NCBI GenBank assembly: GCA_904395815.1
Contig: CAJFOC010000009.1
Coordinates: 20,642-84,641, forward strand
Direction: 5' to 3'
Origin: an uncultured Holdemania sp.
Lineage (GTDB): Bacteria > Bacillota_I > Bacilli_A > Erysipelotrichales > Erysipelotrichaceae
Length of the DNA stretch: 64,000 nucleotides
The notes under the pieces were generated by a model that made no database searches, was not told the DNA's origin, and saw only the letters and a program-made list of their open reading frames with translations. The position numbers and the translations under genes were made by a program. This document shows, in pieces, positions 20,032 to 30,515 of the stretch (within the stretch, counting starts at the first letter, position 1; each line of letters starts with the position of its first letter).

Positions 20032-22151
20032 TTTAACCACTCATCTGCAATAAAAGTAATTCTTGAAGTCATCAAAAGTGACTCTAAAGGAATTAAAAAT
20101 CTATTTCCAGACTTAATTGATCTTGCAAACTCAACAAGCTCATTATAATGACCTTTATCAGAAACTTTAGTAGTAAAAGTGCTTGTTCTGGTTCCAAAAA
20201 TTTGTGTTTCTTTATAATCATTCAAAATATACGTATCATTATCACAAAATATTTGACAGAATTCTTTAGGATATTTTGAACTTCCATTTGCACAATAAGT
20301 TAATGTAGCAATAGAACCTTTATCATATTTGACTGTAATAACACAATTATCAATTTTACTAACATTAGCTGTTTTTGGCGTAATCGACTCTACAAAAATA
20401 GATACAGGTGTTTCATCTGTAAAATAATTAAAAAGATCAATTATATGGCATGCTTCTCCGACAATTCTACCCCCACCTTCTCTTCCATGGACCCAAGAAT
20501 CCGGTGCAATATACCCTGCGTTCATCACATAGTTAATGATCATAGGATTAACACGGTTAGCAAGATAGTCTTTAATTTTCTTCGAATGAGGCGAAAATCT
20601 ACGATTATATCCAACCATCAATCCTCCCTTTGTCCTTTTTAAAGTTTCTTCAATGATTGTTAATTCCTGAGCATTTAAGCAAAGTGGCTTTTCAACAAAT
20701 ACATTTTTCCCAGCGTTAAGGGCATCTACTACATATTGAAAATGAAGATTATGTCTCGTTGTAATGATCACGACATCAATATCTTCATCGTTTAAAATAT
20801 CTCTATAGTCAGTAGTGACCTTCGCGGCATGATAATCATTTGCAGCTTTTGTTGCGTTACCACCATCTCTAGACATGATTGAATGTATCTCAAAATCAGT
20901 AATTTTATTTAAATTAGGAAGATGGAACATTTTTGCAAACCCGCCTACTCCGCAGACAGCAACAGAAATCTTTTCTTTCTTTTTCGGTTCCAATTTCAAT
21001 GAAATTTCTGTTATCTGCTTTTCTTTTTTAATTCCCTTCTTATATTTAAAGCATTGCATCAATGGTCTATCCGTACTTTCAGATAGAGTTTTATAAACTG
21101 CATCTGCATCATCAATATCAGCATCTTCTGCAAACATATAATCAAGATCTATTTTATTTTCTTCGATGAGTCTAAGATAGTCTTGCATATTTCTATTCTC
21201 AGTAAAACGTACCCAATGATATGGATAATCTATACCACCTTCTTCATAGGCGCTATCATACCTACCAGGGCCATAAGATGTCGACATTAAGAATTCTAGT
21301 TCTTTTTGATAAATATCATCTCGATCGATGTTAATATCAACAACTCCAACAAGAACAACTCGTCCACGTTTTCTACAGCAATTAAAAGCTTGTTTCAAAG
21401 GTGTTGATGAATTTGTGGCTGCAGTAATTATTACACTGTCAGCCCCATATCCATTAGTAAGAGAATATACAGTTTCTACAAGGCTTTCTTCTATAGAATT
21501 TATCGTATGTACCCCGCCAAGTAACTTTGTCTCTTCAATTCTTTTAGAATTAACATCCGATGCAATTACCCTAGCACCAGCGGCTTTTAGCATCTGGACA
21601 GTAAGCTGGCCAATCAACCCCAGCCCAATTACTACTACAACTTCGCCGAGTTTTACATCTGCTCTTCTAATTCCTTGCATCGCAATACACCCAATAGCTA
21701 CAGATGAAGCATTACGCAATGAAACTGATTCTGGTATTTTAGTAATTAAGTTTTTCGGAACAATGATCTCTTCAGAATGAGTAGCATAATTTCCGCCTAC
21801 ACAAGCTACTCTATCACGAGGATAAATACCAGAAACATTTTCTCCTACTTCTATTACAATACCAGATGCACTGTACCCCAGAGGAATCCATTTATCGAAA
21901 GAATTATCTATCGCTCCCTTCGTTCCGCCGATTCCTTTTTCTTTAAGCATTTTTAACCCTCGCTTAATTAGATCTGGATTATCCTTAATCCGATCAAAAA
22001 TCGATTTACCTGATGATGAAACGCTAGCTAGCTCTGTTCCCATTGAAATACAAGAATATGAAGTAGCTACTTTAACATATCCTGATTCAACTCTTTTTAC
22101 AGGAACCTCGCGAGTAATGATCTGACCTTTATTAACAAAAACTTGTTTCAT
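20028..22151 (-). CDS. Bi-domain oxidoreductase (MDR/Zn-dehydrogenase-like plus Gfo/Idh/MocA)
   Basis: N-half: SCISMGTE, PLGYSASG, GLGLIG, SYGPGRYD. C-half: GVGGFA, VEKPL, VGYNRRF, GEACHIID. Confidence 0.88.
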   Translation of the reverse strand: MKQVFVNKGQIITREVPVKRVESGYVKVATSYSCISMGTELASVSSSGKSIFDRIKDNPDLIKRGLKMLKEKGIGGTKGAIDNSFDKWIPLGYSASGIVIEVGENVSGIYPRDRVACVGGNYATHSEEIIVPKNLITKIPESVSLRNASSVAIGCIAMQGIRRADVKLGEVVVVIGLGLIGQLTVQMLKAAGARVIASDVNSKRIEETKLLGGVHTINSIEESLVETVYSLTNGYGADSVIITAATNSSTPLKQAFNCCRKRGRVVLVGVVDINIDRDDIYQKELEFLMSTSYGPGRYDSAYEEGGIDYPYHWVRFTENRNMQDYLRLIEENKIDLDYMFAEDADIDDADAVYKTLSESTDRPLMQCFKYKKGIKKEKQITEISLKLEPKKKEKISVAVCGVGGFAKMFHLPNLNKITDFEIHSIMSRDGGNATKAANDYHAAKVTTDYRDILNDEDIDVVIITTRHNLHFQYVVDALNAGKNVFVEKPLCLNAQELTIIEETLKRTKGGLMVGYNRRFSPHSKKIKDYLANRVNPMIINYVMNAGYIAPDSWVHGREGGGRIVGEACHIIDLFNYFTDETPVSIFVESITPKTANVSKIDNCVITVKYDKGSIATLTYCANGSSKYPKEFCQIFCDNDTYILNDYKETQIFGTRTSTFTTKVSDKGHYNELVEFARSIKSGNRFLIPLESLLMTSRITFIADEWLK

Positions 22152-23558
22152 TCAACTCTTCCTCCTAAATAAAAACCTTTTTTGCGTAGATTCATTCCTT
22201 TCGAATAATCCACTATTATTCATCACATAAAGCAAAAATAATCCAATAACAAGTCCATACACAAGAATCACAGAAGGCAATGTTGTCCCCTCTATCGTAA
22301 AAGCACTAATTACAATGAACGGAAAATAGTATTTAATTTCCATACTTGGATATAATCGATCCAACAGTTTAAACAAATAACCATATACGATAGGAACTAT
22401 GATCATCCCAATCACTCCATATGCATAAGCCCCTGCAAACCCACCTGTATTTGCACTAATTGAGGAACTTCCAAAATAGTATTTTCCTATCTGAAAAGGC
22501 AATGATAATTCTTTATATGCGTAGTTGCTTATTAAATTCATACTCTGAAAAAATGACGATAGAAAAACCAAATTTCCATGTATCCCTATATATTCATAGT
22601 AGCATTTACTTATGATAGCAGGAATAAAGTATATTCTTTTTACAAGATAATCAATAAGTAGTAAATTGCCCGTAGCTAAATAAAATAATATAACAAATAT
22701 ATTTACGAAAAGGAAACCCATGATAATTGTTTTTGCAGCCTTTATTTTAACAATAAATGCTCCTATTATAGAAACAACTGCAAGCATAATAACCGCTTTT
22801 TGAGAATCAATACTATAGAGAAGTAATAAAGTCAAAAGGCAGATACCGAATAATCCATATTTTTTTTTTCGAAGAAAAGCATTTAATAGTATAGGAATTA
22901 TAGTATACATTGAAGTATTTCTAAAATAATTAAAGACAGTCCCTATAGTTCCTCTTGCAGAGAGCCTAGATTCATAAACATCTTCAGGATTAAAGCTAAG
23001 ATTAATATAAAATCGGCCATGAAAAAAATACGCAAAAGCTATACTTCCAATAATAAATAATAGTACAATTATCCAAAATATATATTGCGATATTTTTTTA
23101 TCCGACAAAAAGTGTAATTTTGACCATAGTTTAGTCTCTATACTATTTGCAGGATTTTTCGTAAATAAATGCATAATTGCAAAACAAGCAATCCAGAATA
23201 AAGTCAGCCATAAAACAAATCCCCATTCAATTTCTGAGTAGGAAAACATAGCTAAATTAGGAAGTACACTAATCGCTAATAAACTTATACAAATTAACTC
23301 ATGAGGCCGATCTTTACGCACGATAAACCTCATTACAAATTCTATAAACAATAAAGTGAGTAAATATGACAAAATAATCCTGGTCGGAGTTACCGCAAAC
23401 GTAAATGCTCCTCTTTCATATCCTGATAAAAGTAAAGGAATATTTATATACTCTTTTTTAAGTATATATATATACATAAAATCCAAAGTAATTCTAAATG
23501 CAAGTAATCCAAATCTCATCAGTATTCGCTCATAATTACTATATGTATTTTCAAACAT
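22152..23558 (-). CDS. wzy: Probable Wzy polymerase
   Basis: 468 aa with about 12 TM segments and a YESRL...R loop; it is the only unassigned polytopic gene in the island. Confidence 0.65.
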   Translation of the reverse strand: MFENTYSNYERILMRFGLLAFRITLDFMYIYILKKEYINIPLLLSGYERGAFTFAVTPTRIILSYLLTLLFIEFVMRFIVRKDRPHELICISLLAISVLPNLAMFSYSEIEWGFVLWLTLFWIACFAIMHLFTKNPANSIETKLWSKLHFLSDKKISQYIFWIIVLLFIIGSIAFAYFFHGRFYINLSFNPEDVYESRLSARGTIGTVFNYFRNTSMYTIIPILLNAFLRKKKYGLFGICLLTLLLLYSIDSQKAVIMLAVVSIIGAFIVKIKAAKTIIMGFLFVNIFVILFYLATGNLLLIDYLVKRIYFIPAIISKCYYEYIGIHGNLVFLSSFFQSMNLISNYAYKELSLPFQIGKYYFGSSSISANTGGFAGAYAYGVIGMIIVPIVYGYLFKLLDRLYPSMEIKYYFPFIVISAFTIEGTTLPSVILVYGLVIGLFLLYVMNNSGLFERNESTQKRFLFRRKS

Positions 23559-23559
23559 T

Positions 23560-24663
23560 TTAACCTCCGTTAATTAGATTTTCAAATTGCAAACTAATTT
23601 TTTTAATATCATAATCATCTATTGAAATCTCAAGAGCGTTGTCATAAACTCCTTTTAAAAATGCTTTAAACTTTTCACATGGTATTTCATCTTGTCGAAA
23701 ACTTAAGACCGGACGCCCACTCAATGAATAATCAATAAGTTTTGATGGAACTTGTACATTTGACATATTATCAATATTAATTAAAAAATCATTTTTTGAT
23801 AACAGCCTAATACACTCAAGCCTCGATACCATATCATGAATAACTAGTTTTGATTTCAGTATTCTTTTATATTTCAGTAATATTCTCTGATATATTTCAC
23901 CATGTGTTATCGTATATATAGTGAAAACAAAATCTGTTTCCAATGTCGTTAAGAATTCTAAAAAAAGTTCTGGATTCCGCTTATCTAAATAGAAAATGCC
24001 TGCATAAGCAAAATGAGGAATTCGATTTTGCTTATACTCAGAAACTTTTACTTCAGAAAAATCAAATCCTTGAGGGATTACCTTAATTTTAGTTTGATCA
24101 GAAGTATAATTTTTATAATAGTTCATTGCGTTGGATGTTGGTATTACAATATAATCAAACGTTTCACATACGAATTTTTGAATATACTTAAAGTATTTCG
24201 CCACCTTTTTTCCCGAATCTCCATAAAAAGGATCTCCCCAATCAGATATAGAAACAATCTTTCCCTTATATTTGTTAATTTTTTTCGCGACGATCCAATG
24301 TACATAGAAAGGAAGCCCAATTGATATGATCGCATCATATTTACTTAACTCAATATTTTTCTTTATAAACTTTCCACTATTAAGTATGTATCTTTCACCA
24401 ATAAAATATTGTACAATCTTTAACCCGATCTGAATAAACTTGGAATTTGAGAAAGTAGCATTTTTACCGTTCACTAAACTCGTATCATATTTATCCAATA
24501 AATGATAATCTTGATCTCTTCTAAGCAAAACTTTCCAATCACCGATTAACACTTCAACTTCATTATTTACAGCAAGTTGCCGATACAATTCAAACGCTCT
24601 AAACGCACGAGGATTTTGGCGAGGATAAAACCAGTGCGTCACAATTAATATCTTTTTATTCAT
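23560..24663 (-). CDS. GT-B-like glycosyltransferase
   Basis: YPRQNPRAFR, DWGDPF, YAGIFY and VPSKLIDY motifs. Confidence 0.65.
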   Translation of the reverse strand: MNKKILIVTHWFYPRQNPRAFRAFELYRQLAVNNEVEVLIGDWKVLLRRDQDYHLLDKYDTSLVNGKNATFSNSKFIQIGLKIVQYFIGERYILNSGKFIKKNIELSKYDAIISIGLPFYVHWIVAKKINKYKGKIVSISDWGDPFYGDSGKKVAKYFKYIQKFVCETFDYIVIPTSNAMNYYKNYTSDQTKIKVIPQGFDFSEVKVSEYKQNRIPHFAYAGIFYLDKRNPELFLEFLTTLETDFVFTIYTITHGEIYQRILLKYKRILKSKLVIHDMVSRLECIRLLSKNDFLINIDNMSNVQVPSKLIDYSLSGRPVLSFRQDEIPCEKFKAFLKGVYDNALEISIDDYDIKKISLQFENLINGG

Positions 24664-24756
24664 ATACTCATCCTCCTAAACTTAAAAAGTTTGGATTTTA
24701 CTCTGTGGTAAATGCAATCCCATGTATTTTCGATACGATAATTGGCAAAAGAATAC

Positions 24757-25842
24757 TCACCTATTAATAATTCCTTTGTACAATTCTATTGAATTTAATG
24801 CTATATCATCCCATACATAATTAGCTATTACATACTGTTTGCATCGAGAATAATACTCATACCCGTTTTGTTTATATTCTTCGTATGCACGAATTATTGT
24901 ATATGCAATTTGCTGTGCATCTAATTCACTTTTCCATCCTAAATTGTTTTCAAGAACCTCTTCTGAAACATTAGTTCCAGGAGTTACGATACATGGATTC
25001 CCATATGAAAATCCATCTAGAACTGTCATAGGAGATCCCTCATATCTGGAAGTTAACAATAGAATATTACATTTCTCCAATTCTTTCTTTTTAGCGTCAC
25101 CATATATTGGGCCACAGTTTTTTGCATTTACAATTTTTAGTTTTGAAAGCCTTTTATTTACATATTCCAGTTGTTTTGTATCACCTGTTCCAAATATTTT
25201 TATCTGTACCGCAAACTTCTCTGCTTCCAATACATCAAACGCATCAAACAAGTAATCAAGTCCTTTATGATGAATATCATATCTTCCTAAATAATAGAAC
25301 ACTGGCTCGCTTAAGCTTTCTTTACTTTTTTCTCTTGAATTATTCACAATACAGGATAAGACTCCATTTGGTATGACAATATCTTTAGAAGTATGATAAA
25401 TTGAATCATTGAATTCTGTTACATTTGTGAAAATGTATGCCTTGGCTTTTTTGATTTGCTGTAAAAACACAGTATGATTAGCAATTTGTTTTTTAATTGC
25501 CGATTTTTTCATTGCTTTTCTTCCAAATGAACCATGTGGTTGATTACAAAATGGTATTTTATACTTTATTAACGATTTGACTACTTGAATATATTCTCCA
25601 TAAAAAAAACAGTGTATTATTGCTAAATCTGGTTTGGTTCTTTTTAAATAATGATCTATTTTTTCTTTTCCTAGATAATGAAAATAAGGAGAATCTATCT
25701 CATCAACCTTTCCTTTAATTGATAGAACTATAGATTCAACTCTATCTATTTTATTTTGGGCATCAGTCAAATGTTTTAAAACCGCAGGTATACCACTATT
25801 TTGACTTAGTGGTGACATAGCTATAATATGTAGTATTTTCAT
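24757..25842 (-). CDS. Glycosyltransferase family 4
   Basis: QPHGS, YLGRYDIHHKGLD and LLTSRYEGSP motifs. Confidence 0.85.
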   Translation of the reverse strand: MKILHIIAMSPLSQNSGIPAVLKHLTDAQNKIDRVESIVLSIKGKVDEIDSPYFHYLGKEKIDHYLKRTKPDLAIIHCFFYGEYIQVVKSLIKYKIPFCNQPHGSFGRKAMKKSAIKKQIANHTVFLQQIKKAKAYIFTNVTEFNDSIYHTSKDIVIPNGVLSCIVNNSREKSKESLSEPVFYYLGRYDIHHKGLDYLFDAFDVLEAEKFAVQIKIFGTGDTKQLEYVNKRLSKLKIVNAKNCGPIYGDAKKKELEKCNILLLTSRYEGSPMTVLDGFSYGNPCIVTPGTNVSEEVLENNLGWKSELDAQQIAYTIIRAYEEYKQNGYEYYSRCKQYVIANYVWDDIALNSIELYKGIINR

Positions 25843-26303
25843 TTGTTTTCCTCTCTATTATTGATTATTCTAGCTGGCACACCTACCGCGGTACAATTAT
25901 CAGATACATTTTCCAAGACAACTGCATTAGCTCCAATTTTTACATTATTTCCAATTGTAATATCTCCTAATATGCAGCATCCACATCCCAAAATACAATT
26001 TTCTCCAATCTTAGGCCCATTTCCTCCACCAATCGTTACATTTTGATATATCTTTGTACCTTTACCAATTACCGAACCTTGATGGATAACTATCCCTATT
26101 CCATGAGCTATATTTACACCATCTTCCAAGATAGCGGTCGGCGGAATATAACAAGCAAATAAAATATATACAAGTCTCCACACTATTTTTGATAACAACT
26201 TAAAGTGATGCACCCAAAGCCAGCGTTCTATCCGGTAAAACCGTACCACAATTGATATATTATTTACATCCGTAATACTCTCTTTGTTCATTTTTAACTT
26301 CAC
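25839..26303 (-). CDS. Short serine-acetyltransferase-like (hexapeptide) acetyltransferase
   Basis: HGIGIVIH, IYQNVTIG, IGANAVV and VGVPAR motifs; 154 aa. Confidence 0.85.
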   Translation of the reverse strand: MKLKMNKESITDVNNISIVVRFYRIERWLWVHHFKLLSKIVWRLVYILFACYIPPTAILEDGVNIAHGIGIVIHQGSVIGKGTKIYQNVTIGGGNGPKIGENCILGCGCCILGDITIGNNVKIGANAVVLENVSDNCTAVGVPARIINNREENK

Positions 26304-27091
26304 TCCATCAAATTAATTTCAAAACGAACCTTTTTCACATAAATCTTCTTTTTATACAAGCCAAAGATAATATTTCTAACTGTATTAAAAATAGATAATA
26401 TCATATTTTGTTTCTCAGCTTCGTGATAAAGTTTGTAATGCCAGCTGATCAAAGTTTTAATACTTTGGTTGCTTACACTTCCAGTTCTGCCGCGACGATA
26501 TAATGCTAGCTCCTCGTTTAATAAATAACAATCTGCTTTTCTACATACTTTCAACCATATAGCATAGTCATTATTCTTTTTAATATCTGCTATTTGAATT
26601 AATCCAATCATATTTTGATCATACATAACGGTCAAACATCCAGGCCAGCAATAATTAAAAAAACCTGTTTTAGTAATTTTTTTCGGTCCTGTAACCATTA
26701 TGCCATTTTTCTGTCCATTTGTATTAATTTCAAAATAATTCGTATACGAAAAATAATATGCATTGTTTTCCATGAATTCAATTTGCTTTGCCAATTTGTC
26801 ATGCATCCATAAATCATCCGAATCCAAAAAAGCTATCCATTTGCCTTTTGCTTCTCTCAACGCCCTATTACGGCTTACAGCAGCTCCACTATTCCTTTCG
26901 TTTTTCATATATCTAATCCGCTTATCAATTAAAAAAGGAGCTACTACCTCGTCAGTATTATCCGATGAACAATCATCTATTATAAGTAACTCCCAGTTCG
27001 TATAACTTTGTTCGATAACTGATTGAATTGAATCTCCAATATAGTAAGCTGTATTATAGGATGGCATAATAATTGATACTAATCCCGCCAT
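26300..27091 (-). CDS. Glycosyltransferase family 2 (TuaG-like)
   Basis: SIIMPSYN, IDDCSSD, GAAVSRN and AFLDSDDLW motifs. Confidence 0.9.
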   Translation of the reverse strand: MAGLVSIIMPSYNTAYYIGDSIQSVIEQSYTNWELLIIDDCSSDNTDEVVAPFLIDKRIRYMKNERNSGAAVSRNRALREAKGKWIAFLDSDDLWMHDKLAKQIEFMENNAYYFSYTNYFEINTNGQKNGIMVTGPKKITKTGFFNYCWPGCLTVMYDQNMIGLIQIADIKKNNDYAIWLKVCRKADCYLLNEELALYRRGRTGSVSNQSIKTLISWHYKLYHEAEKQNMILSIFNTVRNIIFGLYKKKIYVKKVRFEINLME

Positions 27092-27822
27092 TTATATTTC
27101 CTCTTTTCATAACTTTCAATCAGGGCTTTAGCTTTACTCTGCAAAATATCGTATCTTTCTTTTGAAATTTTTCCTGTTTTCAATAACACGTCACCATAAT
27201 CAAGAACCGTAGCATTTTCGCCATCGGTAATACCTGATCTGTTAAATACAATTGCAACTGTTTCAAACAAAATTTTCAAATCGCCAAAAAATGTAACTCG
27301 TTCAATATATTTTAAATCCCAATTCAATTTTTCATCCCATGTAATGGCATTACGCCCTTTTATCTGCGCCAATCCAGTTAATCCGGGCCTTGCTGTATGA
27401 CGCATTCTTTCCCGACTAGTCATAAAAACCATATCGCGTACTAATTGAGGCCGAGGTCCTATGAAACTCATATCCCCTTTTAAAATTCCAAATATCTCAG
27501 GTAACTCATCAAGACTCGTGGCTCTCAATATCGCTCCAAATTTTGACAATCTCTGTTCATCTGCAAGAAGATTTCCGTCTTCGTCTTTCTCATCAGTCAT
27601 TGTTCTAAATTTATACATATCAAAGATGGTCTCTTTTCCATTTTTCACAATTCCTGGACGACATTGTTTGAAAAGAACAGGACTTCCCATCTTGAACCAC
27701 ACAATAATAGCAATGATGATATATAACCAAAAAAATAAAGTAATAAAAAGCAATGAAAGGACGATATCAAGAAATCTTTTTATGTATTTTTCATAGAACC
27801 CAAGTTTTCGTTCTAATCTCAT
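27079..27822 (-). CDS. Priming phosphoglycosyltransferase (PglC/EpsL family)
   Basis: KRFLDI, YKFRTM, SLDELP, GDMSFIGPRP and PGLTGLAQ motifs. Confidence 0.9.
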   Translation of the reverse strand: MRLERKLGFYEKYIKRFLDIVLSLLFITLFFWLYIIIAIIVWFKMGSPVLFKQCRPGIVKNGKETIFDMYKFRTMTDEKDEDGNLLADEQRLSKFGAILRATSLDELPEIFGILKGDMSFIGPRPQLVRDMVFMTSRERMRHTARPGLTGLAQIKGRNAITWDEKLNWDLKYIERVTFFGDLKILFETVAIVFNRSGITDGENATVLDYGDVLLKTGKISKERYDILQSKAKALIESYEKRKYKWRD

Positions 27823-27837
27823 TTATCCAATCCTCTT

Positions 27838-29142
27838 TCATTCAAAACATCTATGGATAATATCAATTATAACGTTCTGTTGCTCTATCGTCATTTTATT
27901 ATCAGAAGGCAAGCATAATCCACGTCTAAAAATATCTGATCCAACATCCACATTTGAGCTCACTATGTATGCATTGCTATTCCCTCTACCATTACCCTCT
28001 ACAGTAATAAATGCATGATTCCTATAAATTGGTTGCATGTGCATAGGTTTCCAAATCGGTCTTCCCTCTGCATTAAAAGCTGACAAAGCATTTAAAATTT
28101 CCCCAGGACAGCTTTTACCACACTCCGCTATCCACAATTCTTCTTGCTCGCCCCTCATAAAAGGAGCCATGGCATCAGAATCAATGATAATGCAACTAAG
28201 CCAGTAATTAGGCACAGATTTTTTTGAATCAAAAGGATTCATAGAAACAGGAAGATCTTTCAATCCTTCCAGATATCTGTAATAAATATTCCTCTTTTGT
28301 TCTATGTGTTGATCCACATAAGGAAGTTGTCCTCTAAGAACTCCAGCAATGATATTACTCATACGATAATTATAACCTATTTCTTCATGTTGATACCAAG
28401 GTGCATTTTCTCGACTCTGTGTAGACCATTTTCTTGCTTTATCTGCCCATTCCAAATCATTGGTTAAAAGAAATCCGCCAGCAGAACCAGTAATAATTTT
28501 ATTTCCATTTGCTGATAATATTGCTATATCTCCAAAGCAACCCGTCTGTACACCATTATATGTTGCTCCAAAAGATTCAGCTGCGTCCTCAACAATCAAC
28601 GCTCCATGCTCATCAGCAATAGTCTTAATTCTATCAATTTTCCCCGGGGTTCCATATAAATGAGCAAGCACAATCAACTTTACATCTGGGTATATCTCAA
28701 AAGCTTTTTCTAAAGCTTCTGGATCCATATTCCATGTATCATATTCTGTATCAATAAATACGGCCTCACCACCTTCATATGCTACTGGATTTACAGTCGC
28801 ATCAAAGGTCATATCAGAGCAAAATACTTTCTTTCCCTCTAATGTTCCATGACCTATCTTAGGCTGACCGTAAAGTCGTTCTCCTGCCAATTTTATCGCC
28901 AAATGCAATGCAGCAGTGCCAGAAGATAAACCTACCGCATATTTACAACCAATTTTATCTGCTGTCATACGTTCTACTTCATTGATATTTTCTCCAACGG
29001 TAGACACCCAATTTGTTTGAATTGCCTTATCCACCCACAGTTGTTCTTCTCCATGCATTGTAGGAGAGGAAAGCCAGATTTTTTGGCGAAAACTTTCAAT
29101 TCCCTGGAATCTCGGATCCAATAAATATTTGCTCTTGTCCAT
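27838..29142 (-). CDS. DegT/DnrJ/EryC1/StrS sugar aminotransferase (PglE/EpsN-like)
   Basis: SSGTAALHLA, EDAAESFG, SANGNKIIT (PLP lysine) and GYNYRMSN motifs. Confidence 0.9.
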   Translation of the reverse strand: MDKSKYLLDPRFQGIESFRQKIWLSSPTMHGEEQLWVDKAIQTNWVSTVGENINEVERMTADKIGCKYAVGLSSGTAALHLAIKLAGERLYGQPKIGHGTLEGKKVFCSDMTFDATVNPVAYEGGEAVFIDTEYDTWNMDPEALEKAFEIYPDVKLIVLAHLYGTPGKIDRIKTIADEHGALIVEDAAESFGATYNGVQTGCFGDIAILSANGNKIITGSAGGFLLTNDLEWADKARKWSTQSRENAPWYQHEEIGYNYRMSNIIAGVLRGQLPYVDQHIEQKRNIYYRYLEGLKDLPVSMNPFDSKKSVPNYWLSCIIIDSDAMAPFMRGEQEELWIAECGKSCPGEILNALSAFNAEGRPIWKPMHMQPIYRNHAFITVEGNGRGNSNAYIVSSNVDVGSDIFRRGLCLPSDNKMTIEQQNVIIDIIHRCFE

Positions 29143-29175
29143 TTATTCTTTACTCCTTTATAGCCTTTATGTAGA

Positions 29176-30420
29176 CTAATCTCTTCGATATATATCTCTT
29201 GTATAAACTTTCTCAGATACATCATCCAAGCATCTATCGTACCGATTAGCGATGATTGTTTGTGACATTGTTTTAAACTCATCCAAGTTGTTTACAACTC
29301 TGCTTCCAAAAAAAGTGCTTCCATTTTCTAATGTCGGTTCATAAATAATAACAACAGCACCTTTAGCTTTAATTCTCTTTATTACGCCTTGGATACTACT
29401 CTGACGGAAATTATCACTATTGCTTTTCATAGTCAATCGATAAACGCCAACAACTACGCCTTTCTCATTTTCTACCTGATAATCATTATCCTCATTGTTG
29501 TAATGATATCCTGTTTTCCGTAAAACTTGATCTGCGATAAAATCTTTCCTGGTTTTATTAGATTCGACGATCGCTTCAATCAAATTCTCTGGAACATCTT
29601 TATAGTTAGCTAAAAGTTGTTTTGTATCCTTAGGCAAGCAGTATCCACCATATCCAAAACTCGGGTTATTATAATGACTGCCTATCCGCGGATCCAAGCA
29701 TACGCCATTAATGATATCCTGGGTATTTAACCCCTTCATCTCAGCATATGTGTCAAGCTCATTAAAATAGGATACACGAAGAGCCAAATAAGTATTAGCA
29801 AAAAGTTTTACTGCCTCAGCTTCTGTAGAGCCCATAAATAGGGTAGCAATATCTTTTTTTATCGCTCCTTCTTGAAGTAACTCAGCAAATTCATGTGCAG
29901 CTTGTATAAGACGATCATTATTTTTATCTACACCTACAATAATTCTTGAAGGATATAAATTATCATACAAAGCCTTAGACTCTCTTAAGAATTCAGGACT
30001 AAAAAGGATATTATCGGTTTGATATTTTTCTCTCATCAATTCTGTATAACCTACTGGGACTGTAGACTTAATTATTATGATCGCGTTCGAATTTACAGAC
30101 ATAACAAGTTCAATAACTGTCTCCACAGCAGAAGTATCAAAAAAATTCTTTTTACTATCATAATTAGTAGGAGTAGCTATAACCACAAATTCTGCATTTT
30201 TATATGCTTCTTCTGCCTCAAGCGTTGCAGTTAAACATAGTTTTTTTTTCGAAAGATACTTTTCAATATCAATATCCTGTATTGGAGATTTATTCTCATT
30301 AATCATTTTAACTTTTTCAGGAATGATATCTACCGCAGTTACTTTATTGTTCTGAGCCAATAACACTGCTAATGATAATCCTACATATCCGGTACCAGCA
30401 ACCGCAATATTCCTATTCAT
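29176..30420 (-). CDS. ugd: UDP-glucose 6-dehydrogenase
   Basis: [22 protein letters not shown] and [10 protein letters not shown] motifs. Confidence 0.93.
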   Translation of the reverse strand: MNRNIAVAGTGYVGLSLAVLLAQNNKVTAVDIIPEKVKMINENKSPIQDIDIEKYLSKKKLCLTATLEAEEAYKNAEFVVIATPTNYDSKKNFFDTSAVETVIELVMSVNSNAIIIIKSTVPVGYTELMREKYQTDNILFSPEFLRESKALYDNLYPSRIIVGVDKNNDRLIQAAHEFAELLQEGAIKKDIATLFMGSTEAEAVKLFANTYLALRVSYFNELDTYAEMKGLNTQDIINGVCLDPRIGSHYNNPSFGYGGYCLPKDTKQLLANYKDVPENLIEAIVESNKTRKDFIADQVLRKTGYHYNNEDNDYQVENEKGVVVGVYRLTMKSNSDNFRQSSIQGVIKRIKAKGAVVIIYEPTLENGSTFFGSRVVNNLDEFKTMSQTIIANRYDRCLDDVSEKVYTRDIYRRD

Positions 30421-30515
30421 TAACTTTTACCTCTCATAATCATCAAAAAAACAATTCTTATAAAATTAGTCAAACTCTATTTCTATCACTTGATTTCCAG
30501 TGAAATTGTATGATT

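Larger units (their letters stand above)
12900..30515. other. AT-rich horizontally acquired polysaccharide cassette
   Basis: Visibly about one-third GC against roughly half in the flanks. Abrupt change just after the capD stop (30516) and near the 5' end of fnlA. No integrase, IS or flanking repeat seen. Confidence 0.8.

Noticed and set aside
25839-26303. cysE
   Set aside because: Too short, lacks the CysE N-terminal domain, and sits in a glycan locus.
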